The position numbers and the translations under genes were made by a program. This document shows, in pieces, positions 56,641-64,000 of a stretch of DNA of 64,000 bases (its first letter is position 1; each line of letters begins with the position of its first letter). The notes below the pieces were generated by a model. The model worked only from the letters and a program-made list of their open reading frames with translations. It ran no database searches and was not told the DNA's origin. The stretch is taken from positions 14,601 to 78,600 of the forward strand of contig CAZUBQ010000004.1 of assembly GCA_964618995.1 (NCBI GenBank), in the 5' to 3' direction. The stretch is from an uncultured Candidatus Poseidoniales archaeon. Its GTDB lineage: Archaea > Thermoplasmatota > Poseidoniia > Poseidoniales > Thalassarchaeaceae.

Positions 56641-57588
56641 ATGGAGATGTTGGAGGGCAATTTCCTCGGACTCGCGGATGAGGATGGACCTTGTGACGTG
56701 GCCATTCTGCAGATCCCCTACGAACTGACGACCTCCTACGGCGAGGGTACGGTTGACGGGCCGCGGGCATGCATCGCGGCTTCCTCCCAGGTGGAGTTGT
56801 ACGACCCACTGCTCCCCGAGGACCTGCCGGCCGGTTTCCGCCTGCACACCGCGCCTGCGTGGGATGGTGAAGGGGATTCACTAGCCGAGCAACTAGCCAA
56901 TGTGGAGACCTATCTCTCCGACTACCTAGACGGCTCCTGCTTCCCGGTCGTTCTGGGTGGTGAGCACGGCCTACTCCCGGCGGAGATGCGCGCGCTTCGA
57001 GCGCACCCGGACATCGAGGGAGACCTGAGTCGAGTCACGCTGGTACAGATCGATGCGCACGCTGACCTGAGGGATGAGATGAATGGCGAGCGGGAGAGCC
57101 ATGCGTGCGCAGCACGGCGAGCGCTCGACGAAGGGGTGGGTTGCATCATCCAGATTGGAGTCAGAGCAATCAGCCGCGAGGAGGCACTGTTCCTTGCAGA
57201 GGATGGAAGAGTCGAATGCTTCCCTGCTCGGGACCTGCTGTCAACCTGCTCAGGTGAGCGGGACTGGAACCTGTTGCAAGCGAGACTCGCTGACATCGGC
57301 GGGCCAGTCTGGATGACGCTGGACATCGACGGCCTCGACGGTGGACTGGTGCCGAACACGGGAACTCCGGTGCCCGGAGGCCTGCACTACTGGCAGGCGG
57401 TCGAACTGATCGAAGCGCTGTTCGCCAATCCCGATTGTCGGGTTCTCGGCGCGGACGTGGTCGAGATCGTGCCCGGCAAAGAAGGACCGCTGACCGAATT
57501 CACAGCGGCGATGCTGGCGACGAAGGTGATCGCGGCACATCTCGCCAACCTGCTGGAACAGCGAGACAAGCAGGAGGTGGAGACGTGA
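56641..57588 (+). CDS. speB: Agmatinase (ureohydrolase / arginase family).
   Basis: GGEHGL, DAHADLR and LDIDGLD are the Mn-binding motifs of the arginase/agmatinase fold. Start at MEMLEGNF. Confidence 0.8.
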   Translation: MEMLEGNFLGLADEDGPCDVAILQIPYELTTSYGEGTVDGPRACIAASSQVELYDPLLPEDLPAGFRLHTAPAWDGEGDSLAEQLANVETYLSDYLDGSCFPVVLGGEHGLLPAEMRALRAHPDIEGDLSRVTLVQIDAHADLRDEMNGERESHACAARRALDEGVGCIIQIGVRAISREEALFLAEDGRVECFPARDLLSTCSGERDWNLLQARLADIGGPVWMTLDIDGLDGGLVPNTGTPVPGGLHYWQAVELIEALFANPDCRVLGADVVEIVPGKEGPLTEFTAAMLATKVIAAHLANLLEQRDKQEVET

Positions 57589-57977
57589 ACAAACCACGAG
57601 GGCAGCACGTCTGCCTGGATTACCTTGGATGGCAATCCCCAGATGACGAAGGTGGCGGCGGAGCCGTGTGGATGCTCGAGGTACTTCGGGAAGGAGCGAG
57701 GCTGGCGGGCGCACGCGAGGTGCACGCGCACGTACAGGCGTTCGACGGCAGCGAGAGCCCAGAGGGATTCGCAGCGGTAGTGCTCATCGATGAGAGTCAC
57801 GTGAGCGCTCATTGCTACGCAGACTCAGGCCAGCTGGCCATCGATGCGTTCACCTGCGGAGAGTGCGATGCTGATGTCATCGCCGATCACATCCACGCCG
57901 CCTTGACAGAAGCGATTCCGGAAATCAGGCTCCTGCGACGCCAGGCACTCGATCGATTCCTGAACGGAGATGACTGA
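57585..57977 (+). CDS. Pyruvoyl-dependent decarboxylase of the SpeH family (S-adenosylmethionine decarboxylase or its arginine-decarboxylase paralog).
   Basis: VLIDESHVSAHCYAD matches the ESH-S-xHT(W/Y)PE processing-site motif. GTG start overlapping the agmatinase stop (GTGA), preceded by a GGAGGTGG RBS. Confidence 0.65.
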   Translation: MNKPRGQHVCLDYLGWQSPDDEGGGGAVWMLEVLREGARLAGAREVHAHVQAFDGSESPEGFAAVVLIDESHVSAHCYADSGQLAIDAFTCGECDADVIADHIHAALTEAIPEIRLLRRQALDRFLNGDD

Positions 57978-58910
57978 ATGTCCGTGCGCGAGTTCGTTGA
58001 CGAACACTATCGCCACTTCAACGCCGGTGAGCTGGCCAAAGCGGCGCGCTCGCTGTCAGAGTTCATCGATGCTGGTGGCAGCCTGATGGTCACGCTCGCC
58101 GGCGCCATGTCAACGGCCGAGATCGGACGCTCACTGGCCCCGGCCATCCGTGAGGGGGTGGTGAAGGCGGTCACCTGCACGGGGGCCAATCTCGAGGAGG
58201 ATCTGTTCAACCTCGTCGCCTACTCCCATTACACCGAGATCGACGACTGGCGGTCACTGTCAGCAGAAGAAGAACTCCAATTGGAAAATCGAATCACCAA
58301 TAGAACAATTCCAGAGGAGGAAGCGGTGCGGAAGGTCGAGGCGCGACTCGTCGCCAAGTGGGCTGAAGGCGAGACCAGGCTACCCCACGAATATCTCTAC
58401 GATTTATGCCGTGCAGGCGAGTTGCAACATGACGCAGACCCTGCCGACTCCTGGCTGCTGGCCGCCGCCGAAGCCGACCTCCCGCTGTTCGTTCCCGGCT
58501 GGGAGGACTCCACGCTGGGCAACATATTCGCTGCGAGGGTGCTGACCAGGGAGGCGGAGCCAGATGTCATCCTCTCGGGAACTCACTACATGACGCAGCT
58601 CGCTGATTGGTATCGCGAGCACAGCGAGGGTGCCGGGGCCGGCCTGCTGCAGGTTGGCGGAGGCATTGCCGGAGACTTCCCCATCTGCGTCGTGCCGATG
58701 CTGCGCAAGGACCTCGCAGAGGACGTTCCGCTCTGGTCATGGTTCGCCCAGATCTCCGAGTCGCGACCATCCTATGGTGGCTATTCCGGAGCCCCGCCCA
58801 ACGAGAAGATTACCTGGGAGAAACTCGGAGTCGACACGCCGCGCTTCGTAATCGAGTCCGACGCCACCATCGTACTTCCGCTGCTGCTCGGATATTTGAT
58901 GGATGTCTGA
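57978..58910 (+). CDS. dhs: Deoxyhypusine synthase (DHS family).
   Basis: MVTLAGAMSTAEIGRSLAPAIREGVVKAVTCTGANLEEDLFN...QVGGGIAGDF follows the DHS fold motifs. It is the third gene of a tight speB-speH-like-dhs block. Confidence 0.8.
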   Translation: MSVREFVDEHYRHFNAGELAKAARSLSEFIDAGGSLMVTLAGAMSTAEIGRSLAPAIREGVVKAVTCTGANLEEDLFNLVAYSHYTEIDDWRSLSAEEELQLENRITNRTIPEEEAVRKVEARLVAKWAEGETRLPHEYLYDLCRAGELQHDADPADSWLLAAAEADLPLFVPGWEDSTLGNIFAARVLTREAEPDVILSGTHYMTQLADWYREHSEGAGAGLLQVGGGIAGDFPICVVPMLRKDLAEDVPLWSWFAQISESRPSYGGYSGAPPNEKITWEKLGVDTPRFVIESDATIVLPLLLGYLMDV

Positions 58911-58946
58911 GTCACCCTAAACTAATCGTACTGACACCGCAGAGCG

Positions 58947-60317
58947 GTGTCCATGCGCGTGAGGGCCGGCCTTCTGGTTGCGGTGCTCGTGCTTTCCGGA
59001 TTGGGGGCACCGGTCGCAGCCCAGCAACCTGACATCATTCAGGAGCACTGGTACCACTCCTATCTCACCCTGACCAATGACGTGCAGTCATGGGCCGGTG
59101 ACTATCCGGAGATCGTGCTATTGACCACAGCGGGAACGACTGTCCATGGAAGGCAGCAGTGGGTTGTGCAGATCAGCAACTGGGCGAACGACACCAAGCC
59201 CGATGGCTCTCCTAAGGAGAAGGTGTACATCGATGGAGGTCACCACGGCAACGAGCATCTGGGTACAGAACTCGCCTTCCTGACAGCGGAATTCTACATC
59301 GAAGGTTGGGTCAATGGTGATGCGGAGGCCATCGAAGTGCTGCAGAACACAGAACTCCATGTCATGATTATGCTCAATGCAGATGGCAACGACGCCGACA
59401 GTCGCTGGAACATGAACCAGGTCGACCTCAACCGCAACTACGACCACCACTGGACGACCGAGGAGACGGCGAGCGGAGACGGGCCATTCAGCGAGCCGGA
59501 GACGCGCAACAACGCCGACTACATGGCGGCATGGGTCACCGATGCGGACCTCTACGTCACCATGCACACCGGCACCTGGATTCTCGCCTACCCTTGGGGA
59601 TTCACGGGGGAGATGCCCTCAGACTGGGAACTGTTCGAGCACATCCGTGACACGATTCACGACACAATCGACGCCGACCTCCCCGTGCGCAACGCCAACG
59701 CCGGCATCTATCCCACCCACGGCACCAGCCGCGATTACGGCTACGGCATCATGGGCTACCCCACCTTCACTTTCGAGACCGATGACGAGCAATGGATGCC
59801 GGGCACGGTCGAATCACTCTCTAGCCGCCTCTCGGTTGAGTTGGAGGTGATGCGCTACCTGATCTCGAACATCTGGTACTGGCGCGCTCGACTGAACGTG
59901 AGCCACATGGAGGTGACACCCGGAGAAGAGGTCATCATGCACGCAGTGAACCTCGGGCATGCGACGACCGAGAACGCCACCCTGCACTATCTTGATGCGG
60001 ATGGTGAGGTGCTGTGGCACTCTGCCAACTTCAGTGTCAACGCCTCGAACGAGACTCACACGGTATTCGAGGCGAGCAACCTGAGCCTCGTCACTGGAGG
60101 TACGTGGGAACTGCACTACATGAAGCGGGTGATCGACTCGGCGCAGTGGGTGCGTGAACCAATCGACGCAGAACTGGTGGAGATAGTCGAACAAGCGGAT
60201 GATGGTTGGCTACCATACCCCTCTGCAGCGCTGAGCATCTGCTGTATGATTGCGGGGGCGATTTATTCCAAATCACGCCGAAACGTATTGTTTTCGGTTG
60301 AGAAAGAGAGAAACTGA
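58947..60317 (+). CDS. Secreted M14-family zinc carboxypeptidase with a C-terminal membrane anchor.
   Basis: Signal peptide MRVRAGLLVAVLVLSGLGAPVAA. IDGGHHGNEHLG (HxxE zinc ligands), NRNY and TMHTG. C-terminal TM. Confidence 0.8.
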   Translation: MSMRVRAGLLVAVLVLSGLGAPVAAQQPDIIQEHWYHSYLTLTNDVQSWAGDYPEIVLLTTAGTTVHGRQQWVVQISNWANDTKPDGSPKEKVYIDGGHHGNEHLGTELAFLTAEFYIEGWVNGDAEAIEVLQNTELHVMIMLNADGNDADSRWNMNQVDLNRNYDHHWTTEETASGDGPFSEPETRNNADYMAAWVTDADLYVTMHTGTWILAYPWGFTGEMPSDWELFEHIRDTIHDTIDADLPVRNANAGIYPTHGTSRDYGYGIMGYPTFTFETDDEQWMPGTVESLSSRLSVELEVMRYLISNIWYWRARLNVSHMEVTPGEEVIMHAVNLGHATTENATLHYLDADGEVLWHSANFSVNASNETHTVFEASNLSLVTGGTWELHYMKRVIDSAQWVREPIDAELVEIVEQADDGWLPYPSAALSICCMIAGAIYSKSRRNVLFSVEKERN

Positions 60318-60393
60318 CGCCAAAAAACCACTTCTCAGGTGTGTTTTTCACCCCACACCCTTTGAATAGTGTCGCTTGCTTCCATGCGTGTAG

Positions 60394-61896
60394 ATGCGCA
60401 TGGAATGGAACGTAGAAGGAATCGGAGAGAGTACACAGACACTCATACTGCCCCTGTTCGAAGAGGTGACCAAGGCACCCAACAAGGCGACCTCGGGACT
60501 CAGCCGCAGCACAGCCGCACAGGTCCGTGAAGCGGTGGCAAGCGACGACTTCGACGGCAAGTCGGGCAAGTCTCTGACCCTGTGGAACAGCGGCCAGAAG
60601 GTCATCTTGGCCGGCATGGGACTACCCGAGAATCTGGCTGAGAAGGATGCCCGCAACGCTGGCGCGAAACTGCTCGCATCACTCTCCAAGCAGCATGGGA
60701 AGTCGCTGACCGTGCGCTTCACCACCAACTGGCGCGTGGCTCAGATGATCGCATTCGCTGAGGGGATGATGTTGCGCGACTACAAGTTCGACAAGTACCA
60801 ACAGAAGGATGACGACGATGACGACGGCTCACCGTATTCCGTCACCATCCAGGCCTCCGATCGCTACCTACGCCAACTGCACGACGGATGCGCCCGCGCG
60901 GGAGCCATCGCTGTCGGAGTCCACCGGGCGCGCGACCTCGGCAACGAGCCTGCGAATGTGCTCTACCCGATGGAATATGCCAAGCGCGCGCGCACGTGGG
61001 CGAAGGGCAAGGACAACGTGGAACTCACCGTTATCGAGTGGGCGGAATTGAAGAAACTGGGCATGGATGGCCTGGTCAACGTAGGGAAGGGAAGCGAGCA
61101 CAAGCCCTGCATGGTCATCTTCGAGCTCAATCCTGACGCCCGTGACGGGCCATGTCCGATGATTATCGGCAAGGGAATCACATTCGACACCGGTGGCATC
61201 TCGATCAAACCGAGCGGAGGGATGGATGAGATGAAATTCGACATGCATGGCTCGGCTACGGTCTTCGGCCTGATGGAAGCGCTGCACGGCATCGGACATC
61301 AGCAACCGGTCATCGGCATATCGTGCATGGCGGAGAACACTTTGAGTTCCACCGCCTATCGGCCCGGCGATGTCATCAACACCTACTCCGGCAAGACGGT
61401 CGAGGTGCTCAACACCGACGCCGAAGGGAGATTGGTGCTCGCTGACGGACTGTGGAAGGCGGGCGAGTTCGACCCGGAGTTCATCATCGACCTAGCCACC
61501 TTGACCGGTGCATGCGTGATCGCGCTCGGACACGAGGCGACCGGACTGTGGTCCAACGATGACTCTCTGCGGGAGAGACTGCGCAAGGCGGCCGAATCGG
61601 TCGACGAACTTGCGTGGCCGATGCCACTGCTGCCGGCGTTCGAGAAGCAGGTGAAGGATTCGAAGATCGCCGACGTGAAGAACCTCGGAGACCGATATGG
61701 TGGTTCCAATTCAGCCGCCGCCTTCCTCAAGCAGTTCGTGCCTGAGAGAGGGGAGGGTGAAGATGCGGAGCAGTATCCGTGGGCGCATCTGGATATCGCA
61801 GGCACCGCCTGGGGCACCTCGACCAATGACATGGTCGCTCACGGAGCGACCGGCGTGCATGTGAGAACACTCACACGTTTGCTCACAGAACAGTGA
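60394..61896 (+). CDS. pepA: Leucyl aminopeptidase (M17 family).
   Basis: NTDAEGRLVLADGL and GKGITFDTGG are M17 signatures. Confidence 0.9.
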   Translation: MRMEWNVEGIGESTQTLILPLFEEVTKAPNKATSGLSRSTAAQVREAVASDDFDGKSGKSLTLWNSGQKVILAGMGLPENLAEKDARNAGAKLLASLSKQHGKSLTVRFTTNWRVAQMIAFAEGMMLRDYKFDKYQQKDDDDDDGSPYSVTIQASDRYLRQLHDGCARAGAIAVGVHRARDLGNEPANVLYPMEYAKRARTWAKGKDNVELTVIEWAELKKLGMDGLVNVGKGSEHKPCMVIFELNPDARDGPCPMIIGKGITFDTGGISIKPSGGMDEMKFDMHGSATVFGLMEALHGIGHQQPVIGISCMAENTLSSTAYRPGDVINTYSGKTVEVLNTDAEGRLVLADGLWKAGEFDPEFIIDLATLTGACVIALGHEATGLWSNDDSLRERLRKAAESVDELAWPMPLLPAFEKQVKDSKIADVKNLGDRYGGSNSAAAFLKQFVPERGEGEDAEQYPWAHLDIAGTAWGTSTNDMVAHGATGVHVRTLTRLLTEQ

Positions 61897-61905
61897 CCAG
61901 AGGGA

Positions 61906-63792
61906 TCAGGACTCGTCGTCGAGAACCTCGAAGTCGGCTTCGACGACATCGCCGTCGGCGTCCGTCTCTGCCTGCTGCTGAGCCTCTTCCTGTTCCATGT
62001 TGGCGGCCGCCGCCTCGTAGAGCTTGGCAGAGATAGCGTGCATCGACTCCTCGAGTTCCTTCACCTTCGCCTGGATGGCTGCCTCGTCGATGTCATCGAT
62101 GTCCAACGGCTCCCCATCTTTGGTAATCAGTTCCTCGAGTTCGCCCAGCTTCGCCTCGACCGGCTCGACATCACTCTCGTCAATCTTGTCCTCGGCCTCC
62201 TTCAAGGTCCGACGCGTCTGGTAGATGATGCTGTCAGCCTGGTTGCGCAGTTCGACCTTCGCCTTCCTGCTGCTGTCCTCCTCAGCGAACTGCTCAGCCT
62301 CTGCGATCTTCTTCTGGATGTCGTCCTCGGACAGCGATGTCTGCGACTCGATGCGAATCTGCTGCTCCTTGCCGGTGCCCATGTCCTTGGCGGCCACGTT
62401 CACGATGCCGTTGGCGTCGATGTCGAACGTGACCTCGACCTTGGGCATGCCGCGCGGTGCGGGCGGAATGCCTTCGAGGAAGAAGCGCCCGAGCGTGATG
62501 TTGTCGCGGGCGAACTCCCGCTCTCCTTGGAGAACGTGGACCTCGACCGCCGGTTGGTTGTCGCTGGCGGTGCTGAACACCTCTGAGCGTCGGGTCGGGA
62601 TGGTCGTGTTGCGCTCGATCATGTTGGTGCATACTCCACCCAGCGTCTCGATACCGAGCGATAGCGGGGTCACGTCGAGCAGCAGCACGTCGGTCACCGC
62701 GTCGTCGCCGACGATGATGCCCGCCTGCAGCGCGGCGCCCATGGCGACCGCCTCATCGGGATTGATTCCCTTGTAGGGCTCCTTGCCGACCTCCTTCTCG
62801 ATGGCTGCCTGCACTGCCGGAACTCTGGTCGAGCCGCCGACGAGCAGCACCTTGTCGACCGCGCCCTTGGCGAGTTTGGAATCCTTCATCGCCTGGCGTG
62901 TCGGACCCATGGTTGCCTCAATCAGGTCTGCAATCAGTTCCTCGAACTTGGCGCGGTTGAGTGTAAGGTCGAGGTGCTCGGGATTGCCGTCCTTCATGGT
63001 GATGAATGGGACGTTCATCTGGGATGACTGCCTACCTGACAATTCGATCTTCGCCTTCTCGGCGGCCTCCTTCAGACGGCTCATCGCCTGCAGGTCCTTC
63101 GACAGGTCGATTCCGCTAGACTTGCGGAACTCGGTGACACTCCAATCGATGATGCGATTGTCGAAATCATCTCCACCGAGCCTGTTGTTGCCTGCGGTCG
63201 CCTTCACCTCGATCTGTGGCTGGCCGTCGACTTGGTAGATATCCAGCACGGACACGTCGAACGTGCCACCACCGAGATCGTAGACCAGAATCGTCTGGTC
63301 ATCGTCCTTGTCGACACCGAACGCCAGCGCCGCGGCAGTCGGCTCGTTGATGATTCTGAGAACTTCGAATCCGGCTATCCTGCCAGCATCCTTGGTGGCC
63401 TTGCGCTGAGCGTCGGAGAAGTAAGCCGGACAGGTGATGACCGCCTGATTGACCTCCTGTCCGAGATATGCCTCGGCATCAGCCTTCAGCTTCTGCAGCA
63501 CGAACGCCGAAATCTCCTGCGGCGTGAACACGCTGTCGTCGATCTTCTTCTTCCAGTCGGTGCCCATCTCTCGCTTGACCGACATTACCGTGCGTTCGGA
63601 GTTGGTGACAGCCTGTCGCTTGGCGGTCACACCGACCAGCCGCTCGCCATCCATGGTGAAGGCGACAACGCTCGGCGTCGTCCGCGCTCCTTCGGCATTC
63701 GGTATCACGACTGCTTCTCCGCCTTCGATGGTCGCTGTACAACTGTTCGTCGTTCCAAGATCGATGCCGATCACAGGGTTCTTCTTCGCCAT
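61906..63792 (-). CDS. dnaK: Molecular chaperone DnaK (Hsp70).
   Basis: [11 protein letters not shown]...[10 protein letters not shown]...[11 protein letters not shown] are Hsp70 signatures. 628 aa. Confidence 0.95.
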   Translation of the reverse strand: MAKKNPVIGIDLGTTNSCTATIEGGEAVVIPNAEGARTTPSVVAFTMDGERLVGVTAKRQAVTNSERTVMSVKREMGTDWKKKIDDSVFTPQEISAFVLQKLKADAEAYLGQEVNQAVITCPAYFSDAQRKATKDAGRIAGFEVLRIINEPTAAALAFGVDKDDDQTILVYDLGGGTFDVSVLDIYQVDGQPQIEVKATAGNNRLGGDDFDNRIIDWSVTEFRKSSGIDLSKDLQAMSRLKEAAEKAKIELSGRQSSQMNVPFITMKDGNPEHLDLTLNRAKFEELIADLIEATMGPTRQAMKDSKLAKGAVDKVLLVGGSTRVPAVQAAIEKEVGKEPYKGINPDEAVAMGAALQAGIIVGDDAVTDVLLLDVTPLSLGIETLGGVCTNMIERNTTIPTRRSEVFSTASDNQPAVEVHVLQGEREFARDNITLGRFFLEGIPPAPRGMPKVEVTFDIDANGIVNVAAKDMGTGKEQQIRIESQTSLSEDDIQKKIAEAEQFAEEDSSRKAKVELRNQADSIIYQTRRTLKEAEDKIDESDVEPVEAKLGELEELITKDGEPLDIDDIDEAAIQAKVKELEESMHAISAKLYEAAAANMEQEEAQQQAETDADGDVVEADFEVLDDES

Positions 63793-64000
63793 TCATTTCA
63801 CCTCATCAATTGAGTCATTCAATCCTCGAGCAGTTCGAGGGTCACATCCAAGATGCCGTTGTTCAGATCCCACTCGACGACATCAGAGCACGCTTGTGCC
63901 AATTGGAATCTGCGTAGTGGGTGGGGCCTCCCTTCGGCCATTAGGCTGAGGCAGGTACCCTCTCGGGTGAGATTTAGTTCGACTGCAACCGACTCATCGG

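Noticed and set aside
60318-60393. Imperfect hairpin plus a T-run (aaaaaaccacttctcaggtgtgtttttc) after the carboxypeptidase gene, and a CACCGC-aga-GCGGTG hairpin at 58929-58943.
   Set aside because: They are plausible terminator or leader structures, but the stems are short or imperfect and archaeal termination mainly needs oligo-T. Too weak to list as features.
63819-63941. Expected grpE upstream of dnaK; a 40-aa minus-strand ORF was found.
   Set aside because: The translation (MAEGRPHPLRRFQLAQACSDVVEWDLNNGILDVTLELLED) does not resemble GrpE and is too short. The remaining ~200 nt to the window edge are insufficient to call a gene.

Overview
This 64 kb window is from a GC-rich (~60%) archaeal chromosome. 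Archaeal hallmarks are present: an Orc1/Cdc6 initiator next to an AT-rich origin-like spacer, Alba, a KEOPS Bud32 kinase, a FlaI/TadC-type pilus locus, archaeal-type PPAT fused to a DUF359 dephospho-CoA kinase, and deoxyhypusine synthase. The gene content is marine-heterotroph-like and resembles Poseidoniales/MGII-type euryarchaea: two giant surface proteins, secreted M14 and M17 peptidases, and many beta-oxidation enzymes. That taxonomic placement is a guess. Coding density is high and genes sit in tight co-directional blocks. Notable content, in order along the window: (i) a putative oriC plus Orc1/Cdc6; (ii) a GT2 / PPAT-DPCK fusion pair; (iii) a very GC-rich island encoding an 894-aa wHTH protein, followed by AT-rich islands that carry eukaryote-flavoured genes (a SAP-domain protein, a eukaryotic-type class I aldolase, and a protein made of six tandem retroviral-type CCHC zinc knuckles with a small Cys-rich partner); (iv) a moaE-moaC-glpX block; (v) an acyl-CoA / aromatic / alkane oxidation block with three crotonases, a BoxB-like diiron epoxidase, a 3-hydroxyacyl-CoA dehydrogenase, an aldehyde dehydrogenase, a P-loop kinase and an AlkB-type membrane hydroxylase; (vi) a Tad/Epd-like type IV pilus operon with two pilin-like genes, split TadB/TadC-like platform proteins and a FlaI-type ATPase, lying downstream of an ABC-2 transporter pair; (vii) housekeeping genes (ITPase, Bud32, NadA, Mrp/ApbC, an LMW-PTP/ArsC-family protein, Alba, tRNA-Gly); (viii) an agmatinase / pyruvoyl-decarboxylase / deoxyhypusine-synthase operon; (ix) peptidases and DnaK. 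No CRISPR array, rRNA or obvious mobile element was seen.
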